From Clostridia bacterium (GTDB taxonomy: Bacteria > Bacillota > Clostridia > Oscillospirales > UBA644): DNA of 64,000 nucleotides. The stretch spans positions 173,319-237,318 of the forward strand of contig JAGAOU010000044.1 of the NCBI GenBank assembly GCA_017623595.1. The letters are read 5' to 3'. Under the pieces are notes generated by a model. The model ran no database searches and was not told where the DNA came from. It worked only from the letters and a program-made list of their open reading frames with translations. Below, piece after piece: positions 55,138 through 64,000 of this stretch. A program made the position numbers and the translations under genes. The stretch's first letter is position 1, and each line of letters starts with the position of its first letter.

Positions 55138-55800
55138 ATGAAACGAGTTTTGTTTTTGGGGAATAGTTTTACCTATTACAACGATCTGCCTGCGGTTTTT
55201 GCGCAGTTGTGTGAAAAGATGGGGATGTACGTTTCGGTTTCTTCTATCACGAAGGGAGGTGCTTCTCTTCGGGAATTTTTGAATGAGGAAAATCAGATTG
55301 CCATTCAGCTTCAACAAGAACTTCTAAAGTCATGGGATGTTGTTGTTTTGCAGGAACAAAGCTTTCGTCCCATCGGAAATTCCGAGGCTTTTCTGACAGC
55401 GGCAGAGGAGATCGGAAGCAAATTCCCCGCATCACAACTCTTTTTCTATCAAACCTGGGCCTATCGGGATTGTAGTCAGAAATTGCAGGAGAAGGAACTG
55501 TCTTATGCCGAAATGCATGAGGGGTTGAAGCGATCATATTATGAGGCTGCAACCCGTTGCGGGGGAACTGTTGTTCCGGTTGGAGATCTTTTTTGTCGGA
55601 TTTGGATGCAAGGCTCCCCGTTGGATCTTTATCGTCAGGATGATTTTCATCCGTCTTTGATGGGGACTTATCTTGCGGCTTGTTCTTTTGTTGCGGAAGT
55701 TTTTAACATTAACCCGCACGATCTGCCCGATATAGAAGGTATTCCTACTGAATCTGCCTCCCTTCTTCGGGAGGTTGCCGCTCAAGGCAAAATCTCTTGA
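55138..55800 (+). CDS. SGNH/GDSL-like hydrolase family protein
   Basis: N-terminal block I VLFLGNSFTYYN and a late DxxH-like motif (DDFHPS). Confidence 0.65.
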   Translation: MKRVLFLGNSFTYYNDLPAVFAQLCEKMGMYVSVSSITKGGASLREFLNEENQIAIQLQQELLKSWDVVVLQEQSFRPIGNSEAFLTAAEEIGSKFPASQLFFYQTWAYRDCSQKLQEKELSYAEMHEGLKRSYYEAATRCGGTVVPVGDLFCRIWMQGSPLDLYRQDDFHPSLMGTYLAACSFVAEVFNINPHDLPDIEGIPTESASLLREVAAQGKIS

Positions 55801-55807
55801 TTTCAGC

Positions 55808-55845
55808 AAAAATTCATCCCTCGGTTTGTCCGAGGGATGAATTTT
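55808..55845. terminator. Bidirectional terminator
   Basis: AAAATTCATCCCTCGG-tttgt-CCGAGGGATGAATTTT, a 16-bp stem including the A/T runs. Confidence 0.8.
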
Positions 55846-55857
55846 GTTATATGAAAT

Positions 55858-56394
55858 CTATTGAGAATTCGATTCGCATTTTTTCAGATATACATGATAC
55901 TCCTTCAGTATGTCATTGCAAATTCCTTCAAATTTCACAAAATTCGCATCATGTGACAAGTAATGCTCCTTTGAGGGGATTTCCTTATATCTTGTGAATT
56001 GTATTCCGTATTTTGATTCGAAACGAATACTTTCATTGCGGCCATCGGTTTTCAAAAGAAATAATACATAGGTTCCGCTACAATTCTTTGGATCAATCCG
56101 CTCAATACGGATTTTCTTGATTTCTGCCAGCGGTTTGTTTAATACTTTAAGCCCAAAAATATCATCTTGAACAATAAGTCGCTCGGTTTTCAGATGTATT
56201 CTCAAGTAGTTGAAGGCCTGTCTGTGCCAAATAACCACACCTACAACTGTGATCAGCAGAAGGGTGATTTGTTCTATCCGATTTTCCATGTATAATGCAA
56301 CGCCAATTCCCAGTCCTACGCAAATGAATTCGAGCAAAAGGGCACAGACGCGATAGCGGAGGGAATGGATATATACTGTAATCTTGGAGCGCAT
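55858..56394 (-). CDS. Hypothetical membrane protein (2 TM plus soluble C-terminal domain), visibly AT-rich gene
   Basis: Two hydrophobic helices (VCALLLEFICVGLGIGVALY and ITLLLITVVGVVIW). No recognised motif. Flanked by stem-loops on both sides. Confidence 0.65.
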   Translation of the reverse strand: MRSKITVYIHSLRYRVCALLLEFICVGLGIGVALYMENRIEQITLLLITVVGVVIWHRQAFNYLRIHLKTERLIVQDDIFGLKVLNKPLAEIKKIRIERIDPKNCSGTYVLFLLKTDGRNESIRFESKYGIQFTRYKEIPSKEHYLSHDANFVKFEGICNDILKEYHVYLKKCESNSQ

Positions 56395-56465
56395 GCAGAC
56401 ACCTCTCTGAGCTATAGTTTTACCAATATAACGTCCCCTTGCAAATAATTCGCAAGGGGATAAGA

Positions 56466-57830
56466 TTATGCACGGTTTTCGATGGGAACGTAAGGGCGTT
56501 CTTCCTTGACTCCGATATAAGCGGGACGTAAAATCTTCTCGGCATTTTGAATTTCTTCAATGCGATGTGCACACCAGCCGGTCACGCGAGATACCGCGAA
56601 AATGGGAGTGTAGAGCTCATAGGGAAGCTCTAGCATTTTGTAGATCAGCCCCGAATAGAAATCCACATTTGGGCTGACTCCCTTATAAATCTTTCGTTTT
56701 TCTGCGATGACCTCGGGGGCGAGAATCGCAATCTGTTCGTAGAGGGCAAACTCCTTCTCAAATCCTTTTTCCTCCGACAATGCTCTTGCACAATCCTTCA
56801 AAATGTCTGCACGTGGATCGGATTTGGAATAAACCGCATGCCCCATGCCGTAAATCAATCCTTTTCTGTCAAACACTTCTTTGTCCAGTAATTGTTCCAG
56901 ATAATGGCGCACTGCGGCTTTATTATCGGTGTCGACAGAGGCTTTCATGTCCTCAAACATCTGTACAACCTTTACATTCGCGCCGCCGTGACGAGGACCT
57001 TTTAACGATCCCAGTGCTGCCGCAATGGCGGAGTAGGTGTCTGTTCCCGAGGATGTAACAACGTGGGTTGTGAAGGTGGAATTGTTCCCACCGCCGTGTT
57101 CGGCATGAAGCACGAGTGCCAGATCCAGGATTTTTGCTTCCAGCGGAGAGTATTTTCCGTCCTTTCGAAGCATGTGCAGAAAATTTTCTGCGCTTGAGAG
57201 CTTTTCGTCGGGCATACGGATGTGTAAGCTCTTTCCTTGATGATAGTGTCGGTAGGAAAGATATGCGTACACCGCCAGCAAGGGGAATGTGGAAATCATC
57301 TGCATGCTTTGGCGTAGAACGTTTTCCACGGAAATGTCATCGGGATTTTCATCGTAAGCATAAAGGGCCAAAACACAGCGGGAGAGGATGTTCATCATAT
57401 CTTTCCCCGGTGCTTTGAGTATCATGTCCCGAACAAAAGAGGGGGGAAGGCTGCGGTAAGACGCTAATTCCCGGGAAAATTCTTCCAGATCATTCTTATT
57501 CGGCAATTCGGAAAATAGAAGAAGATAAGCTGTTTCTTCAAAGCCGAAACGGTCATCCTTTTGAAAGCCGGCAACAAGATCCTTAATATTGATGCCCCGA
57601 TAATACAATCTGCCGTGACAGGGTATCAAGCTTCCGTCGGATGCCTTTTCTTTTGATATAATTGTGGATACTTCGGTCAGTCCCGTAACGACACCGTTTC
57701 CGTTCATGTCACGCAATCCGCGGTTGACATTGTGTTCTCGGTACATTTCGGGGAGAATGTTATGGTTACGGTTGGAAAGCTTAGACATTTTATTGATGTA
57801 TTCGGTGATTTCGGAATAAGAATCTTTCAT
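56466..57830 (-). CDS. Citrate synthase family protein
   Basis: GMGHAVY and HGGAN motifs; about 454 aa. Confidence 0.9.
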   Translation of the reverse strand: MKDSYSEITEYINKMSKLSNRNHNILPEMYREHNVNRGLRDMNGNGVVTGLTEVSTIISKEKASDGSLIPCHGRLYYRGINIKDLVAGFQKDDRFGFEETAYLLLFSELPNKNDLEEFSRELASYRSLPPSFVRDMILKAPGKDMMNILSRCVLALYAYDENPDDISVENVLRQSMQMISTFPLLAVYAYLSYRHYHQGKSLHIRMPDEKLSSAENFLHMLRKDGKYSPLEAKILDLALVLHAEHGGGNNSTFTTHVVTSSGTDTYSAIAAALGSLKGPRHGGANVKVVQMFEDMKASVDTDNKAAVRHYLEQLLDKEVFDRKGLIYGMGHAVYSKSDPRADILKDCARALSEEKGFEKEFALYEQIAILAPEVIAEKRKIYKGVSPNVDFYSGLIYKMLELPYELYTPIFAVSRVTGWCAHRIEEIQNAEKILRPAYIGVKEERPYVPIENRA

Positions 57831-57915
57831 GTCGGCTCCTTTCTGAATAATAGAAAATTGATATAAAAAAGCGGGTTTCGCTCTCGCAAATCCCGCTATG
57901 TGCTTTTTGATAAAA

Positions 57916-58815
57916 TCAGCGAATGATTTCGCCGTCTTTCATGAAAATGAACCCGAGACCCGTTTCTGGGGCATTGCCGTCGGCAAGCATTTTTAAATAG
58001 GCTCTCTGGAGCGAGGTTTCTGCGGGGAATCCCTCGGTGCTGCCCGAATATTCTTTTCCGAAAATTCTCCAAAGGTCATACCCTTCGGGATGGGGAGTAA
58101 CCTTGACTACGTCAAACAACTCGGCAAATTTGCGGATCCCTGTTTCGGGAGCAAGGTAGTCCTTGTGATTTCCTGCCAAAAGCCAGGAATGGCAACGGAA
58201 TTTCGCAACGCCGTCGGGAAAACGATCTGCAAAGAATTCCGAAGCTTGTCGCAGGGAATCCATGCAATCGTCGATGTTCAGTTTTCCTGCGGAGGGAATG
58301 TGGATACCGATAACCCAGTCGCCGTAATTCAGTTTGATACCGTTTTTCTCATAGCATTCCACAGAGGGATCGTCTTCAAACTGCAGGCGTCCCAGCGCAA
58401 AGCGGGACAGGTCGAAAAACCGAGGAAACCAGCTTGCTACAAAGGAGCCCCAGACGCCGTGAACCTTCTTGCATTCCATCAGTTTCCATTTCAGGTCTTT
58501 CATGGAATCGTGATAGATTCTTACGGGAATGCCGGCTTCATCATAAAGCTCTCTGCAATGTCTTGCCAAACAGATATAGAGCAGAAGGTCCAATGCGTAG
58601 CGGTTGATACCCGTAATTTCGGAAATCTTTCTCATGGCGCGCAGAGCAGCGGCATGGTCGAAGGATACATCGTCGGCTTCGTACAGATCAACATATGCAC
58701 GGAAGAGGGGATAACATTCTGTTTTCTTTAAAGCGTCAAAGTCTGCAAGTAAGGATTGAATTGCTTCTTCGGGATAATCGTATTCGGTGCAGAAGGATTT
58801 GATGTGAGCTTTCAT
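57916..58815 (-). CDS. Uncharacterised protein, possibly an N-acyltransferase-like (NAT_N / GNAT_C-type) family member
   Basis: The ORF is clear with a terminator downstream (57870-57897). The family assignment is from memory of similar Clostridial proteins and is weak. Confidence 0.45.
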   Translation of the reverse strand: MKAHIKSFCTEYDYPEEAIQSLLADFDALKKTECYPLFRAYVDLYEADDVSFDHAAALRAMRKISEITGINRYALDLLLYICLARHCRELYDEAGIPVRIYHDSMKDLKWKLMECKKVHGVWGSFVASWFPRFFDLSRFALGRLQFEDDPSVECYEKNGIKLNYGDWVIGIHIPSAGKLNIDDCMDSLRQASEFFADRFPDGVAKFRCHSWLLAGNHKDYLAPETGIRKFAELFDVVKVTPHPEGYDLWRIFGKEYSGSTEGFPAETSLQRAYLKMLADGNAPETGLGFIFMKDGEIIR

Positions 58816-58834
58816 GATGGAACTCCTTATATGA

Positions 58835-59248
58835 TTATTTCATAATGAGATCATTGCAGTCGGCAGGTGGTTGTGCCGGTGCAACGACCCTTGCTTTTAT
58901 AGGGTGTGTTCTGTTGATTTTTCTCAAAATCAAATAGTATCCTGCCAGCAAGGGCAATGCTCCAAGGGCCAGGTAGGGAAAAAGGGTATAAAGGTAATAC
59001 GAAAGAAACAGAATTGCTACGGGCGTAAGGAAGAGATAGCAAAAAATCAGAAGTGCACCTTTGTCATCGTTTGTGTCCACTGTAACCCAGTCTCCCGTTT
59101 CCGCTCCGATGTCGTTGTAGGCGCAGATTTCCACGTCCTTTTTGTTGCAGATCCCGGAATTCGCGCAGTGCTCGCAGGATTCGGGGCGAGTGGCGCGCAC
59201 AAAGACGAAGTGTTCCTTTTGTTTGATAACTTGTCCCGTAACTCTCAT
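58835..59248 (-). CDS. RseC/MucC (SoxR-reducing system) family protein
   Basis: N-terminal beta region with a cysteine cluster (CEHCANSGIC) followed by two TM helices, typical of RseC-like proteins. Confidence 0.65.
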   Translation of the reverse strand: MRVTGQVIKQKEHFVFVRATRPESCEHCANSGICNKKDVEICAYNDIGAETGDWVTVDTNDDKGALLIFCYLFLTPVAILFLSYYLYTLFPYLALGALPLLAGYYLILRKINRTHPIKARVVAPAQPPADCNDLIMK

Positions 59249-60771
59249 CGTAAACTCTCCAGAATTTGTTCCGCAACCCGCAGTCCGTCTGCGGCGGAGG
59301 ACATGATGCCTCCCGCATATCCTGCGCCTTCTCCGCAGGGATAAAGTCCTTTACAGGAGGGGGATTGCAGCGTGTTATCCCGCAGAATTCGCATGGGGGC
59401 AGAGGTTCTTGTTTCGGGGGCGGTCAGCAGAGCGGGTTCGTTGCCGAGAATCCGCTCTCGGAATCTCGCAAAGCCATCCCTCAGCCGTGCCGAAATGTCG
59501 GCGGGAAACAGTTCGTTAATGTCAAAGGGGGAGACTCCGGGGCAGAAGGTTGCCTTCGGTCCGATCAACTTGTCCGGTCGGCTTTTCGCTAAAAAATCTT
59601 TCCCCGTTGTTGCCGGCCCCAGTCCCGATGCCGCATTCCATGCGGCGGATTCGATTCTTTTCTGCAGCTCCAGCCCCTCTTCGGGGGTGTTCGGACGTAC
59701 CGATGCCAGTATGGCCGCATTTGCGTTTTCCCCGTCTCTGGCAAATACGCTCATACCGTTTGTGGTTAGGCGATTTGGCAGGGAAGATGCGTTGACCACC
59801 TGTCCTCCGGGGCACATGCAAAAGGAATATACCGCTTCCGAGGTCGCTTTGTTTGTGACGTAGCTGAATTGGTAATCAGCCGCACCTAATTGAGGCATCC
59901 CGTAATATTTTCCGTAGATGCGCTTGTTCAAGGCTTCTTGGTTATGCTCAGCGCGAAATCCCACGGAAAAAGGTTTTGCTGTGATTTCCAAAGGGGAATT
60001 CAAGAGCATACGGTAGGTGTCTTCCGCACCGTTTCCGATGGCTAAAACAACGGTATCTGTTTCATGGACCGAACCGTTGAGATAAATTGCTTTCAGTTGA
60101 CCGTTTTCGATTTTAAGCCCATCCAGCTTTGTTTCAAAACGGATCTCGCCACCCATGCGCAGAATATCTTTCCGCATCGCCTTGACCACGTGGCGTAAAC
60201 GGTCGGTTCCGATGTGGGGCTTCGCAAGATATAATATCTCTTCGGGCGCACCAAAGGAAACAAAGGTCTCAAGAATGGCTCTGCAGCGAGGGTCATGAAT
60301 CCGTGTGGTCAGTTTTCCGTCGGAAAAGGTTCCTGCGCCGCCTTCGCCGAATTGAACATTGGATTCGGGCTGAAGATCTCCGCCTTTCCAGAATCCCTCC
60401 ACATCTCGGATTCGTTCTTCTATTGGGCGACCCCGTTCAATGACCAGCGGCGTGCAACCGCACTTCGCAAGCAACCATGCACAGAAGATTCCTGCAGGTC
60501 CAAAGCCTATGATCGGAACCGTTTTGCCGCAGCTGATCGGCGAAGGAAAGGTGTAACTTGGAAAAGGGCGAAGGCAGGGGTGATCAGAATCGGTTTCCAC
60601 CGCAACGGTGTAAACGAAGGAAAAACGATCCTTTCGGGTGTCAAGAGATCTTCGATAGATGTAGGCCGGGGTGCGTTCGGGCAGATGCAGCTGCTTTCTT
60701 GCGATGGAAAGCACCTGCTGCTCGGGGCAGTCAATTGCCGCCCGAATGTCGTTAATAAGACCTTGCTTCAT
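59245..60771 (-). CDS. FAD-dependent oxidoreductase (COG2509-like uncharacterised dehydrogenase)
   Basis: GFGPAGIFCA dinucleotide motif and a C-terminal PCGEGAGYAGGI. The start is 60771 (MKQGL...) or 60789; either overlaps the cdaR 3' end. Confidence 0.7.
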   Translation of the reverse strand: MKQGLINDIRAAIDCPEQQVLSIARKQLHLPERTPAYIYRRSLDTRKDRFSFVYTVAVETDSDHPCLRPFPSYTFPSPISCGKTVPIIGFGPAGIFCAWLLAKCGCTPLVIERGRPIEERIRDVEGFWKGGDLQPESNVQFGEGGAGTFSDGKLTTRIHDPRCRAILETFVSFGAPEEILYLAKPHIGTDRLRHVVKAMRKDILRMGGEIRFETKLDGLKIENGQLKAIYLNGSVHETDTVVLAIGNGAEDTYRMLLNSPLEITAKPFSVGFRAEHNQEALNKRIYGKYYGMPQLGAADYQFSYVTNKATSEAVYSFCMCPGGQVVNASSLPNRLTTNGMSVFARDGENANAAILASVRPNTPEEGLELQKRIESAAWNAASGLGPATTGKDFLAKSRPDKLIGPKATFCPGVSPFDINELFPADISARLRDGFARFRERILGNEPALLTAPETRTSAPMRILRDNTLQSPSCKGLYPCGEGAGYAGGIMSSAADGLRVAEQILESLR

Positions 60772-62026
60772 AAATATCGATCTGCTCATTTGTTACGGAA
60801 TATTCACCGACAACCCCGAAAGATATTGCATTGCCTGCAACGGGATAAATGATGATGGGGAACGATCCGTCTTCCAGCTTATCTTTGTAGTCAATTTGGC
60901 ATTTCAGGTTATCTGTGGTCAGCGTTTCCAGATCCGAAGCCTTTGCACGGATTGTAATTTTAACATCCCCCTTATACATGACCGAGGCCTTGTCCGGGAG
61001 GTTTATGATCTGGATATCCTTCGGGCCGAAGGACAACTCTTTGGTTCCCACATCGGGAGCGATTTCTACCGTTGCGTTGACAACGTCCTTGCTGTAAACA
61101 ACGCCTTCAACGGTGGGAATAGTCAGGGGGAATACGCCATTTTCAAGAATCTTGGATGTGTCGATGGTACCAACGCTGAAGGTCTCGATGCCTGCCAACA
61201 ACTTTTCATCACCGATTGCTTGAATTGTTTTTGTGTCAAGGGTTACGGTGATATAAGATGATTCATTTCCGCCCGAGGAGTTTGTCACGTTGATTGTGGT
61301 TTCCATATCCTTGCGGTATTCCACCGAAAGGTTGGATTCCGCTTTTGTGTCACTAATGGTCAGAAAACGGCGATCCACGTTCTCTCCGTTTTTGTTTACA
61401 ATGGCGAGATCATAGGTTCCCGTAATATCTGTTTTTACGTTAGTCAAGGGAACTGAAACATATACCTTGTCAATAGATTCTACGGTGTTTGCAGGACCGA
61501 AAATTGTAATGTCTTTAGGGGAAATTGAGGATTCTTTGATTGCATATCCTTCGGGTAGGGATCCGGAAGCCTGAATCTCGATGGGCAGGGTTCTTGTGGC
61601 TTTCGTTGCAAATTCAATGGTGAAGTTTTTCGGATTGTAGTCCGTCACAACGAGGTTCTTATTTCCTGTGCTGATATTCACTGCAACACTGTGGGTTCCC
61701 GGCGTGGTGATGGGGTCAAGATTCAGAGATGCCTTGATGTCATTTGCCGTAAGGTTCAGAAGATCGGATCTGGAACCCGAAACGCTGACGCTTACCGTCA
61801 GATTTGTATCGGTGAGAAGATACATATATCCGTTTCGCTCGGGAATGGATCCCTCATAGGACAGATCAACGGAAACGCGGTTAAATTCTTTGTCGTTGAC
61901 GGGGTTAATGACATAAAGGATATAGATCCAAACAACAACCGCCAGAAGAACCGAGAGAATCTTTAAAAAGCCATTGTTGTGGAGAATACCGGAAAGTCGA
62001 GTTGCAATGCTTTTCTTTTCACTCAT
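60752..62026 (-). CDS. cdaR: YbbR-domain protein CdaR (regulator of diadenylate cyclase)
   Basis: N-terminal TM, repeated YbbR-like beta domains, and an ATGA overlap with cdaA. Confidence 0.85.
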   Translation of the reverse strand: MSEKKSIATRLSGILHNNGFLKILSVLLAVVVWIYILYVINPVNDKEFNRVSVDLSYEGSIPERNGYMYLLTDTNLTVSVSVSGSRSDLLNLTANDIKASLNLDPITTPGTHSVAVNISTGNKNLVVTDYNPKNFTIEFATKATRTLPIEIQASGSLPEGYAIKESSISPKDITIFGPANTVESIDKVYVSVPLTNVKTDITGTYDLAIVNKNGENVDRRFLTISDTKAESNLSVEYRKDMETTINVTNSSGGNESSYITVTLDTKTIQAIGDEKLLAGIETFSVGTIDTSKILENGVFPLTIPTVEGVVYSKDVVNATVEIAPDVGTKELSFGPKDIQIINLPDKASVMYKGDVKITIRAKASDLETLTTDNLKCQIDYKDKLEDGSFPIIIYPVAGNAISFGVVGEYSVTNEQIDIYEARSY

Positions 62027-62892
62027 GATTTGTTACTCCGTCCTTTCCAAAGATGTGCAAGAGGCGGTTCTTTTTTCTTTTCTTGTGGCATCAGTTCCTT
62101 GGTGAGAAGTGCTTGCAGGGCATCGGGGGTCAGTCGGCGTTGAAGATGCCCTTCCTTTGCCACCGAGATGATGCCTGTTTCCTCAGAAACCAAAATAACA
62201 ACGGAGTCGGAGATTTCGCTTACGCCGATTCCTGCACGGTGCCTGGTTCCCAGGTCACTTTCAAATTTTTTCGTAGTCAGCGGCAGGAAGCAACCTGCCG
62301 CAACGATCCGGCCGTCTCTCAGTATGGCTGCGCCGTCATGTAGCGGGGCCTTCGGATAGAAGATGTTCAAAATGACGTCGCAGATGATGGCGGAATCGAC
62401 CTTAGTTCCGGTGTTGATTACTTCACCCAATTTCGTGTTCCGCTCCACCACGAGCAGGGCTCCGGTTTTTGTTGCGGACATGTTGGAGACCGCATCCACA
62501 ATATTGCTAATGTTGTCTTCAATTTCCGCTTCCGATTGCTTCTTTTCCGTTGAGAAGAATGGAAGCCCCTTCACTTTCTCGGTGCGTCCCAAACGTTCCA
62601 AAAGAGAACGAAGTTCCGGCTGGAACACAATTAGAATGGCCAGAAGACCGAATTCCAAAGTGCTGTTCAGGATGAAGGTTGTGGCTTCCAGGTTCAACAA
62701 TTTTGCAACCTGGAAAAGGATGATTACCAAGGCGATCCCCTTCAACAGTTGTGCAGCTCGGGTGTCTCGGATGAATTTCAGGACAAAATAGATGATAACA
62801 GCTACAAAGGCAATATCGATCAAGTCCTGCCACATGAAATTTTCTACCGTCGTGATGATAAAGTCTCCGATGGTGCGGAAAAATTCAAGCAT
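62023..62892 (-). CDS. cdaA: Diadenylate cyclase CdaA
   Basis: ATG at 62892 follows AAGGAG. Three TM helices plus a DAC domain with DGAAIL and RHRAGIG motifs. Confidence 0.9.
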   Translation of the reverse strand: MLEFFRTIGDFIITTVENFMWQDLIDIAFVAVIIYFVLKFIRDTRAAQLLKGIALVIILFQVAKLLNLEATTFILNSTLEFGLLAILIVFQPELRSLLERLGRTEKVKGLPFFSTEKKQSEAEIEDNISNIVDAVSNMSATKTGALLVVERNTKLGEVINTGTKVDSAIICDVILNIFYPKAPLHDGAAILRDGRIVAAGCFLPLTTKKFESDLGTRHRAGIGVSEISDSVVILVSEETGIISVAKEGHLQRRLTPDALQALLTKELMPQEKKKEPPLAHLWKGRSNKS

Positions 62893-62989
62893 GATGTCTC
62901 GCTCCTTTTCCAGATCCTGAAGCAATGCCGCAGAAGGTGCGAGGCCTCGCGCGGTCAGTGCAATAGGATATAAACATATAGATACTATC

Positions 62990-63018
62990 ATTGTACCAGT
63001 TATTGTAAGAAAAATCAA
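62990..63018 (-). promoter_or_regulatory. Sigma-A-type promoter for cdaA-cdaR
   Basis: On the minus strand: TTGATT (63018-63013), 17-nt spacer, TACAAT (62995-62990). Confidence 0.5.
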
Positions 63019-64000
63019 GAGCGGACGCGATTATTTTGATATTTATTCAAAATTTTAACACATTCAACCACATCATACTCTGTGTTTCGGTATCCAAAGC
63101 TGATGCGTAGGGCACCAAGGTCCTCCGTTCCCAACTTTTTATGAGCAAGTGCGGCGCAATGATAACCACCTCTGGCGCAGATTCCATGTTGATTCAACCA
63201 TTGTGCGATTGTCTCAGAATGATCAGATTCGTGGACCACAGAGATTGTTCCGACAAAATCCTCGCCTTCTCCAATGGGATAAAACCCCGAAACCTCGGAA
63301 ATCTTGTGCAGAAACAGTTGTCTCAGTTTTTTTTCGTGGGCTCGGATTGTGTCTCCATACCGCAGTATGAAGCGGACTCCCTCTGCCAATCCCGCAATTC
63401 CGGGAGTGTTCAAGGTTCCACTCTCATATCCCTCGGGGAATTCCAAGGGTTGCGACCACAGAAGCGAATCGGTTCCTGTTCCTCCGAGGATCAGTGATTT
63501 CATCTCGATCTGTTTTCCGAGAATCAAGGCGCCCGTTCCTTGGGGGGCGAGCAATCCTTTATGTCCCGGTACGCACAGAAAGTCAACGGGGTCATGACTT
63601 AGATTGTATTTTTCGATTCCTGCGGTCTGTGCACCGTCAACCCCAAAGAGAATATTGTTTGCTCTGCAAATATGACCGATGTTACGGATGGGAAGAATCT
63701 GCCCCGTCACATTGGAGGCATGGGTGCAGAGGATCAGTCTTGTGTTTGGACGAAGAGCCTCAATAAAGTGTTCGACGGTCTCTTTGTCTTTTGCAGATGT
63801 TTTTACAATGTCGAATTCAATTCCTTCGGATTTCATGGAAACCAAGGGGCGCAGGACGGAATTGTGTTCCAGATCGGAGACCAGCACGTGGTCGCCGCGT
63901 TTCAAAAGTCCCCTTAGAGCCAGATTAATCGCCTCGGTTGTGTTTTTTGTGAAAATGATGTTTTGTTCCGATGCTCCGAAGAGCATTCCCATGAGCTGAC
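63015..64000 (-). CDS. Class V aminotransferase / cysteine desulfurase (SufS/CsdA-like); 5' end lies outside the window
   Basis: PLP-lysine context VPGHKGLLAPQG and the active-site motif RGGYHCA. The frame is open to the window edge. Confidence 0.8.
   Translation of the reverse strand, partial: QLMGMLFGASEQNIIFTKNTTEAINLALRGLLKRGDHVLVSDLEHNSVLRPLVSMKSEGIEFDIVKTSAKDKETVEHFIEALRPNTRLILCTHASNVTGQILPIRNIGHICRANNILFGVDGAQTAGIEKYNLSHDPVDFLCVPGHKGLLAPQGTGALILGKQIEMKSLILGGTGTDSLLWSQPLEFPEGYESGTLNTPGIAGLAEGVRFILRYGDTIRAHEKKLRQLFLHKISEVSGFYPIGEGEDFVGTISVVHESDHSETIAQWLNQHGICARGGYHCAALAHKKLGTEDLGALRISFGYRNTEYDVVECVKILNKYQNNRVRS

Overview
This window looks like core chromosome from a spore-forming Firmicute, probably Clostridia, judged from gene content (spoIIID, spoVB-like, yqfC/yqfD, pdaA-like, spmA/spmB). 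I count about 60 protein genes and 2 tRNAs, and no rRNA. The recognisable blocks are: (1) the 3' end of a GH35 beta-galactosidase, tRNA-Asn, an M20 peptidase and a PiT phosphate transporter; (2) pdaA-like and spmAB; (3) xpt plus a BMP-family (nucleoside-type) ABC importer; (4) a large GLUG/metallophosphoesterase surface protein, an M3 lipoprotein peptidase, tRNA-Arg(CCT), galE and a DacB-like protein; (5) spoIIID, an unknown gene, a spoVB-like gene and a GNAT/QueG-like fusion; (6) the Bacillus-like string yqfC-yqfD-phoH-ybeY-dgkA-era-recO followed by mutS2-comEC-holA; (7) a stop-interrupted FemAB-family gene and an AraM/EgsA-like dehydrogenase; (8) a YD-repeat membrane protein downstream of hrcA-grpE-dnaK-dnaJ, which carries a perfect CIRCE operator; (9) a tightly packed recA-recX-rimO-pgsA-cysE-cysS-nudix-recG string; (10) gdhA, citrate synthase, and cdaA-cdaR followed by a FAD-dependent protein and an RseC-like protein. 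I saw no CRISPR array, transposase, integrase, phage module or recognisable defence genes, and no convincing new multi-gene system. The items most worth a second look are: a highly ordered non-coding array of variable mini-hairpins separated by conserved TGTGAAAT/ATTTCACA octamers next to tRNA-Asn; an S11 (PBP5/DacB-like) homologue whose catalytic SxxK motif is replaced; a possible degenerate histidine-kinase-like protein next to spoIIID; a GNAT fused to a truncated QueG-like Fe-S domain; a FemAB-family gene split by one in-frame TAA; and a membrane-anchored YD-repeat protein. All homology calls were made by eye from the translations, with no database search.
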